Positions 37,731 to 47,474 are shown, counted from the stretch's first letter. The stretch is 64,000 bases of DNA from Candidatus Iainarchaeum sp. (GCA_040755695.1 JBFMAK010000001.1:128637-192636); one strand, 5' to 3'. A program made the numbers and translations. Notes: generated by a model not told the origin, from the sequence alone.

Positions 37731-38124
37731 CATCAATTAAATGTTTTATTGGCTCAAAGTCTTTTTTGTTCCAAGTTACAATAAAATCACTTTTTGACTC
37801 TAGTGCATAAGCTACATGCAATGAATCTGGAAAATGAATTCCCAACAGCCTTAGTTCCGGCTCTCTTTTTTCTATTGAATTGGCCATCCGAATTATCCCA
37901 AATCTCACTCCATGTCTTTTGAGCAATTCAATTAAGTCTTCTTCTGCACAAAAAGAATTTTTATTTACCTCATTAATTGTTAGGCTGGAAATAATTAAAG
38001 TAAATTTTCTTTTTGCACATAAAGCAAAAAAATCTTCCACCCTCTTATACATCAACTCGTAATTTCTTCCAAAGTCCAAGTTAATGTAAGAAATAATTAT
38101 ATTTGAGTCAAGGTACAAGCGCAA
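37681..38124 (-). CDS. PIN-domain VapC-type toxin
   Basis: LYLDSNII, SSLTINEV, DSLHVAYA, IVTWNKKDF. Confidence 0.85.
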   Translation of the reverse strand: MRLYLDSNIIISYINLDFGRNYELMYKRVEDFFALCAKRKFTLIISSLTINEVNKNSFCAEEDLIELLKRHGVRFGIIRMANSIEKREPELRLLGIHFPDSLHVAYALESKSDFIVTWNKKDFEPIKHLIDVISPDEVENHVPLDAH

Positions 38125-38247
38125 TCAAACCAACCCTCTCCAAGAAATTAGTCAGGGATAACTTAAATAACTTAATCTTTCGTTAATCGCCATGTTTAGG
38201 GAAAGATTAATTAATTCTTTTGCTTTTCTATTTATGGGTTTTTTTGA

Positions 38248-38421
38248 ATGGCATTAATAAAGAAAGGGCACTGGAAGTCCATTGCAATGACCTTGATCTG
38301 GTTTCTTGTTTTTGCTGCTTTGGTTTACACTAAAAGCATTTATGAGATGGCTGCAGTATTCTTTTTCGGCTGGCTTTTCTCTTTGGTCATATTAAACAAG
38401 TCAATAAAAAATTTAGAATGA
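38248..38421 (+). CDS. Small hypothetical 2-TM protein (57 aa)
   Basis: Manual translation MALIKKGHWKSIAMTLIWFLVFAALVYTKSIYEMAAVFFFGWLFSLVILNKSIKNLE*. Confidence 0.5.
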   Translation: MALIKKGHWKSIAMTLIWFLVFAALVYTKSIYEMAAVFFFGWLFSLVILNKSIKNLE

Positions 38422-38428
38422 AAGAAAA

Positions 38429-38611
38429 ATGAACTGGAATAATCTTATTGCAGGAATAATAGCAGGCTTTATTGCATTTATAGTGAATCTGATAGTTCAA
38501 TTTATTTTAAGGAGGACAGCAGATTTTTGGGTTGCCTTAGGAACAGCGATTGGAATGCTGGTTGTTTTTGCAATAATCACAAGCCGTTATGACAGGCCTG
38601 GCCTAAGGTGA
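38429..38611 (+). CDS. Small hypothetical 2-TM protein
   Basis: Two clear hydrophobic helices; 7 nt after the previous small ORF. Confidence 0.6.
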   Translation: MNWNNLIAGIIAGFIAFIVNLIVQFILRRTADFWVALGTAIGMLVVFAIITSRYDRPGLR

Positions 38612-39499
38612 AAGCACTTTATTTAATGCCTTTTGCAAGCCCACAATATATTTCAGTTTATTTAATTCTTCAGGTTTAATCCACTTGTATTTCAAGTGCT
38701 CGTAGTTCAATTCAATTTTCCTTGTTTTGGTCTCAAAGAGCACTGGAGTGCAAAGCCAGATTTTATTGCAAATCCTGTCATTTATTTTGAACTCTTTTTC
38801 TTTTTTAATGAATTTCAATTGGTTCTTTTTGATTCCTGTTTCTTCCTTTATCTCCAAGTAAGCCCTTTTCAGGGCGCTCATTTCATTCAAATAGCCTGTT
38901 ACAGTGTTCCATTCGTTTGGGTGATGGATGTGCTTGTTTGAAGACCTTTTCAGCAACAAAATTTTTCCTTTGTGCCTAAGGAAAACAGTAACTGTCTTGT
39001 TCACTTTCTCAGGCCTGAAAGCAATAAGATACTCACAGTAATCAATTTCTGGCCTTCGGGCCATTATCTTCAATTCTGTTTTCTTGTCGAATTTTTTTAT
39101 TGCTGCATTGAAAGGCTTCTCCGAACAAAAAGTGCATGAGAGCTCTGTGTCTAAATTGTTCCTTTTGCTTGCCTCAAGAATAGGGCAGAAGCCCTTGAAC
39201 CTGAAGATTGACACGTGCCCGCTTTCCTCGTGGATGCAGAAATTTTTTTTGCTCCAAGATGGAGTTAATTGCCTCCAGAACTCCAGCACAATCTTTCTTG
39301 CAGTCCTTGCATTTTTTTGCTTTAAATTAAATTTGCTTTTGTTCTCCTCGAACCATTGAGCTCTCTTTCCTGAAAGCTTTTCTGAGAGCATCTCAAATGC
39401 TTTTTTCAATCCAACCCTCCCCCCAACAATTTTTGTGTGAGCAAATAGGTGAGTGTAAAATAGAATTTTCTCTTTCTCCAACTGCTTTACTGAAGGCAT
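38603..39499 (-). CDS. NUDIX hydrolase fused to an N-terminal Cys-containing domain
   Basis: LLLKRS, W..VTG, AYLEIKEETG Nudix box, LNYEH..YKW; N-domain CPILEA...C...RP...CE. Confidence 0.8.
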   Translation of the reverse strand: MPSVKQLEKEKILFYTHLFAHTKIVGGRVGLKKAFEMLSEKLSGKRAQWFEENKSKFNLKQKNARTARKIVLEFWRQLTPSWSKKNFCIHEESGHVSIFRFKGFCPILEASKRNNLDTELSCTFCSEKPFNAAIKKFDKKTELKIMARRPEIDYCEYLIAFRPEKVNKTVTVFLRHKGKILLLKRSSNKHIHHPNEWNTVTGYLNEMSALKRAYLEIKEETGIKKNQLKFIKKEKEFKINDRICNKIWLCTPVLFETKTRKIELNYEHLKYKWIKPEELNKLKYIVGLQKALNKVLSP

Positions 39500-39605
39500 A
39501 CAAGACCATTTAAATTTTTTTGCAAAACAATTTAAAGGGTTAGGGGGTATTATTTAGTTATAATTTAGGGCAATAAATAGGTTTTGGTGCAAAGGGTGAT
39601 GTGCT

Positions 39606-40328
39606 GTGATTGAATTAAAAAAGGTCGAGAACTGGAGCAAGGCAATACAGGCTATTTCTGCTTTTATTTCTGAAGGCAACTTCCGCTTTAACGACAACGG
39701 AATTGCATTCAAGGCAGTTGACCCGAGCCAGATAGTGCTTGTGAATTATGCCATACCGAAGAGCGCTTTCGACGAATTTGAGATTGAGCCAACCTTTGTT
39801 GGAATTGACTTGGTTGAATTGAATAAAATAATGCAGAGGATTCTTCCAAAAGACAAAATGCTCATGAACGTAGATGACAATGAACTGCACATCAAGCTCG
39901 AAGGCGAAATAAGCAGGTCCTTCAAACTGCCTTTAATTGACGTGAGCGAAGAAGAAATAAATATTCCCGCAACAAAATTTGATGCAGTAATAGAAATAAA
40001 TGCCAGAATCCTGAAGGAGGCCTTGAAGGACGCCCAATTATTCGGCAGCTCTGTTGTTTTAAGAGTTAAAGGCTCCCAATTAGTGGTTGAAGCGCGAGGC
40101 TCTCACGGGAACATGCATGCACTAATAAAGGAAACAAAGAATATTACAGTAAAGTCCCCTACAGAGGTAGTGAGCAAGTATTCGCTTAATTTCTTTGCTA
40201 ACGCGCTCAGGGAAGCCGACCCAGTAAAAAATGTTAGAATTGAACTCAAAAGCGACGCCCCAATGAAGGTCAGCTACAAGATAGGCGAGGGAGACATACA
40301 GTTCCTGCTCGCGCAGATGATTTTATAG
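39606..40328 (+). CDS. pcn: DNA sliding clamp PCNA, copy 2 (divergent paralog)
   Basis: FISEGNF, AVDPSQIVLV, RSFKLPLID, SKYSLNF, QFLLA. Confidence 0.9.
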   Translation: MIELKKVENWSKAIQAISAFISEGNFRFNDNGIAFKAVDPSQIVLVNYAIPKSAFDEFEIEPTFVGIDLVELNKIMQRILPKDKMLMNVDDNELHIKLEGEISRSFKLPLIDVSEEEINIPATKFDAVIEINARILKEALKDAQLFGSSVVLRVKGSQLVVEARGSHGNMHALIKETKNITVKSPTEVVSKYSLNFFANALREADPVKNVRIELKSDAPMKVSYKIGEGDIQFLLAQMIL

Positions 40329-40389
40329 GCAATTCGTTGATTGCCTTATAATACAGTTTTTAAATATTCTTTCTTTCCTTATTTTATTT

Positions 40390-41034
40390 ATGAAGACTTT
40401 TGAGTTAATTATTGAAGGGAATGTTCAAAGGGTCGGCTATAGGAATTCCGTCAGCCAAATTGCTTTTGATTTAGGGCTTAATGGAAGCATTGAGAACCTG
40501 CCTGATGGAAGAGTGAAAATAATTGTTCAAGGAAAAGAAGAGCAGTTAAATGAATTTAGTAAAAGAATAAGAATAAAGGAGTGGCCTATTGCAGTAAAGT
40601 CAATAAAGGAAAAAGAAATTAAACTGAAAGAGAAATTCACTGAATTCAAAATAGTTAGAGGCCATCCCCAAAATGAATTGAGTGAAAGGGCAGATGAAGC
40701 TGTCATCTACATGCAGAAAATGTATGGAGAAATAAGAGACTTTAGGAATGAATCAAAATCGCATTTTACTGTTTTGGGAAATAGAGTCAGCAAAGGAGTA
40801 AATGAAACAAGGCTTCTGAGAAAAGCTACAAATGTTAATTTTAACAAAATGGACGCCAAATACGACAAAGTTTCCAGCAGAATGGATAAAATGTCTGGTA
40901 AGATGGATAAAGTGTCTGATGGAATAGACGGCATGGCAGACACCCTAAAACAAACAAACTGGACCCTCAAAAAAGAATTCGGGAAATTGTCTGATGCCCT
41001 GCTCACATTAGCAACCAAGTCAACCCAAAAGTAA
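40390..41034 (+). CDS. Acylphosphatase domain with C-terminal coiled-coil
   Basis: GNVQRVGYR, G.IENLPDGRV; heptad-like MDK repeats in the tail. Confidence 0.85.
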   Translation: MKTFELIIEGNVQRVGYRNSVSQIAFDLGLNGSIENLPDGRVKIIVQGKEEQLNEFSKRIRIKEWPIAVKSIKEKEIKLKEKFTEFKIVRGHPQNELSERADEAVIYMQKMYGEIRDFRNESKSHFTVLGNRVSKGVNETRLLRKATNVNFNKMDAKYDKVSSRMDKMSGKMDKVSDGIDGMADTLKQTNWTLKKEFGKLSDALLTLATKSTQK

Positions 41035-41069
41035 TTCATTTTTAATTTCTTTTTAATCCTATTATTTTT

Positions 41070-42092
41070 ATGCCTGTGCCGTATGAATTGGTTTTCGCGC
41101 AAAGGTTTCCTTTTTCTTCAAGGGCAGTGAAGACAGCAAAGGAAAGCGGCTTCTCTCTTGATAATGTACCTCAAAGGGCAATAGACAGGGCAAAAGCAAT
41201 GGTGCAGCACGCAGGCCAGGGAAAAGAATATTTTCTCCCGAAAATAGCTGAGTCCTCTGACGCCCTAAAAGACGAAATAATTGCTTTTCCTCTGGCGAAA
41301 ATTTTTCTTTCGCTTATAAGGAGAGGGGAATTGAACAAGAAATTCAGCAGGATGTTCTCTGATTCAGCATTCAAGTATCTTCAATTGGAGGCAAAAGAAG
41401 ACGACTTCATAATTGACCTTGCAAAAGAGCTCAAAATAAAATTCAGGTTGAGCAACAAGAAGGAATTCTTTGCAGAAATAGACCTCTTGGATTACCTTAA
41501 GGCTTCATTCAACCAGGAGTTCATGAAATTAGTGAACCAGAGGATTAAGGCAGGGAATGTTTTCCTGAACAGGAATGACTTCATGCGCTTTGAGGCGGCC
41601 TTGGTCTACAACAAAATTCTTTCCTCGCTTCCAGTAGACACAAAAACTGTCCCAAAAAAATTCAAGGCAGCAGCAGAAGAGATTGCAGGCGAAATATTCA
41701 AGAGGACTAAAAGGGAATTCTCTTTTGTTTCAGGAGGAAAAATTGACTTGAATTTGTTTTCCCCGTGCTTTTCTTTCCTGTACGATAAGCTGGTTTCAGG
41801 AGAGCACAAGCTTCATCACTTAGAGAATTTTGATTTGGCCTGCTTTCTAGTGAACTTGAGGATGCCTGAGGAAGAAATCCTGAAACTGTACGCGCGTTCG
41901 CCCAATTTCAATGAAAGGATTGTAAGGTATCACATAAAAAACATTAAGGGCACTTCCTTAAAGCCAAGGTATTCCAGCCCTTCATGCTCTAAGATGGTTG
42001 AACATAAATTGTGCAGGAGAAATGACTCCTGCGAAGGAATAAAAACTCCTTTGGGCTACTATATAAGGGAAGTAAAAAGAAAAAGGAAGTGA
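41070..42092 (+). CDS. priL: DNA primase large subunit
   Basis: RFPF, FSPC, SPNFNERIVRY, YSSPSCSKM, LC..C...PLGYY Fe-S domain. Confidence 0.88.
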   Translation: MPVPYELVFAQRFPFSSRAVKTAKESGFSLDNVPQRAIDRAKAMVQHAGQGKEYFLPKIAESSDALKDEIIAFPLAKIFLSLIRRGELNKKFSRMFSDSAFKYLQLEAKEDDFIIDLAKELKIKFRLSNKKEFFAEIDLLDYLKASFNQEFMKLVNQRIKAGNVFLNRNDFMRFEAALVYNKILSSLPVDTKTVPKKFKAAAEEIAGEIFKRTKREFSFVSGGKIDLNLFSPCFSFLYDKLVSGEHKLHHLENFDLACFLVNLRMPEEEILKLYARSPNFNERIVRYHIKNIKGTSLKPRYSSPSCSKMVEHKLCRRNDSCEGIKTPLGYYIREVKRKRK

Positions 42093-42313
42093 AGAAAAGA
42101 ATGGTTATGCCTTTTCTGGATAGATCAATTGCTTCCCTGTTCATAGTAATAATAATTGAGGTTATAATTACCTTGTGGGTGCTGAAGGTTTCGGCTGAAT
42201 GGGCTTACGGCAAAAAGGTTTCTTACTCTCAGGCATTAGTGCAGTGGCTTGCAATGATTGTGATTCAGGTGATAGTTTTATTTCTGTTGTCTTTTATTTT
42301 TGCATTGATTTAG
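42089..42313 (+). CDS. Small hypothetical membrane protein
   Basis: Two TM helices; GTGA overlap with priL. Confidence 0.6.
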   Translation: MKKRMVMPFLDRSIASLFIVIIIEVIITLWVLKVSAEWAYGKKVSYSQALVQWLAMIVIQVIVLFLLSFIFALI

Positions 42314-43268
42314 GGAATTCAATTAGTTTTTCGCCCTTGCCAAATACAAGATGCCTTTTAGGGTAAGGGATTTCAATTCCCTCCTTGTCGAATTCCTCTT
42401 TGATTGATTCAAACAAGTCTGACCTCACATAAAATCTTTTTTCTGCGTCCTTTATCCAGGCACTCAAAACCATGTTGATTGAGTATTCCCCAAAACCCAT
42501 GTGAATAACTTCGGGGGCATCAAGATTCTTTAATACTTCAGAATGCTTTTTTGCTTTTTCAATAAGGATTTTTTTTGCTTTGCCGTAATCTGACTCATAG
42601 CTTATGCTTATTGGCATGAAGATCTTGAATGTCTTGTCCTGTCTTGTGTAATTCCATATTTCCCTTTTAGAGAATTCTGAATTAGGAATGCTCACAAGCA
42701 CATTCCCTGAAGTTTTAATGCGCGTGCTTCTCAAGCCTATGTCTATTACTTGACCGCTCCTCTCCAGTTCAATTATGTCCCCTGTCTTGTCCCTGTCTTC
42801 TGCAAGGGTTATGCTGTCCCCGACCCTGAAAGGCTTGTCTAAGATCAATACAAAGCCTGCCAGGATGTTTGCAATGGTTTCCTGTGCGCCGAATGCAATT
42901 GCAATCCCCCCAATTCCAAGGACCGCAATCAATGTTGTTATATTCAATCCGAACTGGCCTAGAATCATTATGAAGGCAATGAAGTAAACGAAATACCTTA
43001 CAATCTTCTTTATTGTATCTAAGGTCACTTTATCAAACTTAAGCTTTTCATCTATTGCCTTATGCTCCTTCAGAGAGCGCTCAATAAACCTGTTTATGAG
43101 GGAAATTGCAATTCTAGCCCCAATAAATATTATTACAATTAAGATAAGCTTGAACAACAAATCGTTTAGGGTGCCTATGCCGTCAAGGTTTATGGCCAAA
43201 ATCTTTGATATTTCTGTCTCTGTTGCTGCAATTAAAGGCTCGAACAATTGCTCCACCCCAACTTGCAA
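42294..43268 (-). CDS. mscS: Small-conductance mechanosensitive channel family protein
   Basis: GIGGIAIAFGAQETIANILAG, PFRVGD, IGLRST, IPNS, GIEIPYP. Confidence 0.92.
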   Translation of the reverse strand: MQVGVEQLFEPLIAATETEISKILAINLDGIGTLNDLLFKLILIVIIFIGARIAISLINRFIERSLKEHKAIDEKLKFDKVTLDTIKKIVRYFVYFIAFIMILGQFGLNITTLIAVLGIGGIAIAFGAQETIANILAGFVLILDKPFRVGDSITLAEDRDKTGDIIELERSGQVIDIGLRSTRIKTSGNVLVSIPNSEFSKREIWNYTRQDKTFKIFMPISISYESDYGKAKKILIEKAKKHSEVLKNLDAPEVIHMGFGEYSINMVLSAWIKDAEKRFYVRSDLFESIKEEFDKEGIEIPYPKRHLVFGKGEKLIEFPKSMQK

Positions 43269-43377
43269 AAAAAAAAATTGATTCGATTAACGGAAGACTG
43301 ATTTCGAAAAATGTTGTTGTAATATTAAATGCAAGGTTATTTAAAATACTTTCCTGTTAAGTTTTTTTTATGGTGCT

Positions 43378-44601
43378 ATGCAGGCAGACAATAATACAAT
43401 AAATTTTTTATTTAGGAAATTCCATTCCTACTACGAGAAGAAGTTCGTTGACTCAGTTAAAGAAATTGAAAGAAGGGAGTTCGGCATTGGGGTATTCGGA
43501 AAAAAGATTACCGAAAGGCATTTGGCATTCGACTCAAGCAGGCACTTCAATGAATTCCTGCGCGAAGAAGCGCCATTCTATGTTTCCTGCTCTGCCGCCT
43601 ACTACCAATTCCCGGACAAGAGGCCGATGGAGGCAAAGGATTACATTAAATCGGACCTGGTTTACGAATTCGATGCAGACGACCTGAAAACAAAATGCAA
43701 GGAAGAACATGACTCCTGGCACTGCATCAAATGCGGTGCAAAAGGAAAAGGAGCAATAAGCAACTGTACTGAATGCGGCGCGGCAGTAGTATCAGAGCAG
43801 TGGGTGTGCAGTGAATGCCTTGAAGAAACAAAAAAGGAATCCTTCAAATTGGTTGAACTCCTGAAAGAAGACTTTGATTTCGTGGGAGGTATTACAGTGA
43901 ATTTCTCTGGAAGCAAAGGCTATCATGTTCATGTAAGCTCAGAGAAGATATTCTCCTTAACCAATGAAGCAAGGATTGAATTGGTTGACTACCTCACAGC
44001 AAATTCCCTGAGCCTGGAAAACCAGGGCTTCAACCTGGATTCAATGCCCTTGCAGTGCCCTAAAACAAACGAAAGGATTGGATTGAACGAGAGAATAATG
44101 GAATGGATGAAGAAATTGATTGAAGGAGAAGAAGCAGAGAGGATTGCAGGAATAACAGGAATTTCCTTCAAGGCAGCAAAAGAATTCATTAAAAGAAAAG
44201 AGAAAACCCTAAAGAACTTTGAGAAAGGCATTCTTTCGCCATTACCAAAAAAATCAAAGGCGTTCTGGTTCTCCCTCATAAAGCAGGCGACAGAAGAAAT
44301 CAGAGTGAAGTTAGACAGGCAGACCTCCATTGACGCAAGCAAAATAATAAGGGTGCCTGACACCATCCATGGCTCAACAAGCCTACTGGCAAAAAGCATT
44401 CCGTTAGAGGAATTAAAATCCTTTGACCCATTAAAAGAAAGCATAATTTTTTCAAGTAATCCCACAAAAGTATTTATTGGGAGAGCACCAAAATTCTGTT
44501 TAGGAGGCGAGTTCTTTGGTCCATACAATAAAAGCGAAGAAGTTCTGCCGGAATTCGCTGCATTATACTTGATGGCAAGGGGTTCAGCTTCAGTAAGGTG
44601 A
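43378..44601 (+). CDS. priS: DNA primase catalytic (small) subunit with Zn-ribbon insertion
   Basis: RREFG, RH, DLVYEFDADD, FSGSKGYHVH, D...SID..IIRVPDTIHG. Confidence 0.93.
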   Translation: MQADNNTINFLFRKFHSYYEKKFVDSVKEIERREFGIGVFGKKITERHLAFDSSRHFNEFLREEAPFYVSCSAAYYQFPDKRPMEAKDYIKSDLVYEFDADDLKTKCKEEHDSWHCIKCGAKGKGAISNCTECGAAVVSEQWVCSECLEETKKESFKLVELLKEDFDFVGGITVNFSGSKGYHVHVSSEKIFSLTNEARIELVDYLTANSLSLENQGFNLDSMPLQCPKTNERIGLNERIMEWMKKLIEGEEAERIAGITGISFKAAKEFIKRKEKTLKNFEKGILSPLPKKSKAFWFSLIKQATEEIRVKLDRQTSIDASKIIRVPDTIHGSTSLLAKSIPLEELKSFDPLKESIIFSSNPTKVFIGRAPKFCLGGEFFGPYNKSEEVLPEFAALYLMARGSASVR

Positions 44602-44609
44602 AGGATTAA

Positions 44610-45179
44610 ATGGAATTGAATTACGATGAAATAAGAAGGATTTACAGGCTTGAAAAGAATACAAGCAAGCTTAGCGAGCTTGAAGAAGAATTTTTGGGTG
44701 AATTGAGTGAATTCATAAAAGAAGAAAAAAACAGTTACATGAACTCCCTCAAGGAAATGAACTTCTCCAAGGACAGGGACTTCATTAACCTGAAGAAAAT
44801 GATTGAAGAAATTTTTTCCTTAAGAGAGAAAAAAATATTGAATCTTGCATTGATTGCTTCAAGGACAGATGAACCCAGCGAAGAAAGAATGTTCCTGCAA
44901 GAGAAAAAGCTTTACAGGGAACTCCTTAAGATACTCAAAAAGAACAAGGAAGGCTTGAACGAAATCTTTTTAGGTAATGGAACAAAAAAAATAGAAGAAG
45001 AAAAAGAAAAACAACAAAACATGGTTTCACTAAAAATTCTAAACGAAGTGCCTTCATTTGTGGGCACAGACATGAAGGAATACGGCCCATACAAGAAAGG
45101 CCAGACAGTAGAATTACCGCAAAAAATTGCAAAGCTTTTTATTGCAAGAAAGATAGGGAAAAAAGAAGGGGAAGAATAG
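44610..45179 (+). CDS. GINS complex protein (Gins15/51 type)
   Basis: R.EK....L, LREKKI, VPSFVGTDMKEYGP...G..V.LP; follows priS. Confidence 0.85.
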   Translation: MELNYDEIRRIYRLEKNTSKLSELEEEFLGELSEFIKEEKNSYMNSLKEMNFSKDRDFINLKKMIEEIFSLREKKILNLALIASRTDEPSEERMFLQEKKLYRELLKILKKNKEGLNEIFLGNGTKKIEEEKEKQQNMVSLKILNEVPSFVGTDMKEYGPYKKGQTVELPQKIAKLFIARKIGKKEGEE

Positions 45180-45187
45180 GTGAGGCA

Positions 45188-45373
45188 ATGAAGATTTCAA
45201 TTCCAAGGCCAAAAACAAAATTCCTTAGAGTGAAATGCGATTCCTGCGGCAATGAACAGGTAATGTTTTCTGCTCCCTCTTCAACAGTAAAATGCCTTGT
45301 GTGCGAAAAAGTGCTTGCAGAACCCAAAGCCTCAAAGCCGTCAATAAAATCAAAAATTTTAAGGGAATACTGA
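45188..45373 (+). CDS. rps27e: 30S ribosomal protein S27e
   Basis: PKTKFLRVKCDSCGNEQVMF...VKCLVC...LAEP. Confidence 0.95.
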   Translation: MKISIPRPKTKFLRVKCDSCGNEQVMFSAPSSTVKCLVCEKVLAEPKASKPSIKSKILREY

Positions 45374-45402
45374 AAGCTAAAAAAAAATTGAAGGAATAAA
45401 AA

Positions 45403-46179
45403 ATGAGTGAACTGCCATCAATAGGAGAAACAGTTGTAGTGAAGGTAACAAAGGTTCTGGATTATGGGGCTTTTGTTGAATTGCTTGAATACGAAAACCA
45501 GAAAGGCTTTGTGCACGTCTCCCAGATAGCCTCAAGATGGGTGAAGAATGTAAGGAATTTCGTCAAAGAAAACCAGATAAGGGCAGCGCAAGTGCTCTCA
45601 ATGAACCCAGCAAAAGGCCAGATAGACTTAAGCCTCACAAAGGTCAGCGCAGGAGCGCAAAGGGCAAAAATCGAGGAATACAAGCAGTTCAAGAGAGCCC
45701 AGAAACTGATTGAAGTCCTCTCACAGGAACAGAAAAAGCCTTTTGACGAGGCATGGCACGAGGTTGCAGAGCCCCTCATAAACAATTATGGTTCACTGCA
45801 AAAGGCATTCAATAAAATCTTGGTTGAAGAACAAGTGCCTTCAGAAATACCCAGAGAGTGGAGCAAGCCATTGCTTGAAATAGTGAAAAAGAATTTTGAG
45901 GTATCAAAAAAGGAAGTAAAGGGAATAATTGAATTGAGCTCTGCTGCATCAAATGGCGTTGAAATAATAAGGAAGACCTTAAGCCTGCTTGAAAAGGAAG
46001 CCCCAAAAAATGTTTCGGTGGAAGTTTCCTATACGGGCTCAGGCAAATACATGATTAAAGTTGTATCGCACGATTATAAAATAGCAGAAAAGTTCCTGTA
46101 CGATGCAACGCAGAAGGCAGTAAAATTCATTGAGGGAATGAAAGGCAAGGCAAGATTCAACGAAATAAAAGCCTCGTGA
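45403..46179 (+). CDS. eif2a: Translation initiation factor 2 alpha subunit
   Basis: S1 domain YGAFVELLEY, GFVHVSQIASRWVKN, KGQIDLSL. Confidence 0.95.
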   Translation: MSELPSIGETVVVKVTKVLDYGAFVELLEYENQKGFVHVSQIASRWVKNVRNFVKENQIRAAQVLSMNPAKGQIDLSLTKVSAGAQRAKIEEYKQFKRAQKLIEVLSQEQKKPFDEAWHEVAEPLINNYGSLQKAFNKILVEEQVPSEIPREWSKPLLEIVKKNFEVSKKEVKGIIELSSAASNGVEIIRKTLSLLEKEAPKNVSVEVSYTGSGKYMIKVVSHDYKIAEKFLYDATQKAVKFIEGMKGKARFNEIKAS

Positions 46180-46203
46180 GAAAAAAAACGGAGAAGAAAT
46201 AAA

Positions 46204-46986
46204 ATGGCAACAAAAATTAATCTCGTAAAAAAAATAAAAGTAAAGGACGCAGTAATGTTCACAGGCCTTCCAGGAATAGGGCTTGTAGGCAAGATTGCTG
46301 TTGATTACATGCTCAAGCAGTTTAAGGCAGAGAAAATTGCTGAAATCTACTCTGATTCATTCCCTCCAAGCATTCACACGCGCAATTCCCTCATAGAATT
46401 AATTAAAGACGAATTATACCATTACAAGTTCCAAGGAAAAGACTATTTGTTCCTTGCAGGGCCAGTCCAGCCTTCCCTGGACATAAGGTTTGGCTCAGCG
46501 CAAGAGCACTATGAGTTCGCTGAAGCAATTGTAAGGGAAGCAAAAAAATTAGGCGTAAAAGAAATCTACACCCTTGCAGGCATCAACGTGGGAGAAAAAA
46601 GAATGAATGCCCAGCCCAAGATTGTAATTGCTGCAACCAACAAGAAAATAATACAGGAATTCAAGAAATTGAATGCTACAGAAGGCCAGGAGGAAGGCCT
46701 TATAAGCGGTGCAGCAGGCCTAATAATTGGAATTGCAGCAGAAGAAGGCATTCACGGAGCATGCCTTATGGGAGAAACCAATGCAAGGCTCATTTATGGC
46801 GATCATGGCTCAGCACAGAAGCTGATTGAACTGTTGGTGAAGAAGTTCAAGTTCAAGGTGAACATGGACGAAATAGGCAAGGAAAGCAAAAACATAGAGC
46901 AGGCATTCCAGCAGTTATCCAAGCAATTAGAAGAAGAACAGCAGGAACAGCTTCCCCCAGACAGCTCATTAAGCTATGTTAGATGA
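46204..46986 (+). CDS. PAC2-family proteasome assembly chaperone
   Basis: GLPGIGLVGKIA, SFPP, ISGAAGLIIG, CLMGET. Confidence 0.9.
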   Translation: MATKINLVKKIKVKDAVMFTGLPGIGLVGKIAVDYMLKQFKAEKIAEIYSDSFPPSIHTRNSLIELIKDELYHYKFQGKDYLFLAGPVQPSLDIRFGSAQEHYEFAEAIVREAKKLGVKEIYTLAGINVGEKRMNAQPKIVIAATNKKIIQEFKKLNATEGQEEGLISGAAGLIIGIAAEEGIHGACLMGETNARLIYGDHGSAQKLIELLVKKFKFKVNMDEIGKESKNIEQAFQQLSKQLEEEQQEQLPPDSSLSYVR

Positions 46987-47459
46987 TGGTCCTGGTGAAA
47001 TATGTGCAAACTGATTTGTGGAAAGAATGTTTAACCTGTAAAGATAAGTGTTGTAAATGGGACATTGCTTTTCCTCTTTTTGTAACAAATCATGAAAAAA
47101 GAAAACTTAGCCATATAAATACTCGTCATCCATGCTTATATTTTAATCGAAAAGAATTGTGTGAAATTTATCCTAATAGACCTTTTGATTGCAGATTTTT
47201 TCCATTCAATGTTTGGGAATCTAATGGAAAATTCTATTGGATGATTTGGAAATTAAACTGTCCTATTCTAAATAAAAATAAAGAAAAAATTGAGCTATAT
47301 CTACAAGAACATGAAAAAAAATTAATTCATAGATTTAAAAATTATCTTAATGCTTATTCAAAATTCCGACTAGAAGAACTCATAGCTAAATATCAATATG
47401 AAGTCTTAAGAAAAGTGAAGTTTAATTCTCATTCTAAACATTCTAAACACAGAAAATAA
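46983..47459 (+). CDS. YkgJ-family Cys-cluster (Zn/Fe-chelating) protein
   Basis: CLTC..KCC, PCLY...CEIY..RP..CRFFPF; AT-rich, likely acquired. Confidence 0.8.
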   Translation: MMVLVKYVQTDLWKECLTCKDKCCKWDIAFPLFVTNHEKRKLSHINTRHPCLYFNRKELCEIYPNRPFDCRFFPFNVWESNGKFYWMIWKLNCPILNKNKEKIELYLQEHEKKLIHRFKNYLNAYSKFRLEELIAKYQYEVLRKVKFNSHSKHSKHRK

Positions 47460-47474
47460 CATTATTGCAACTTA

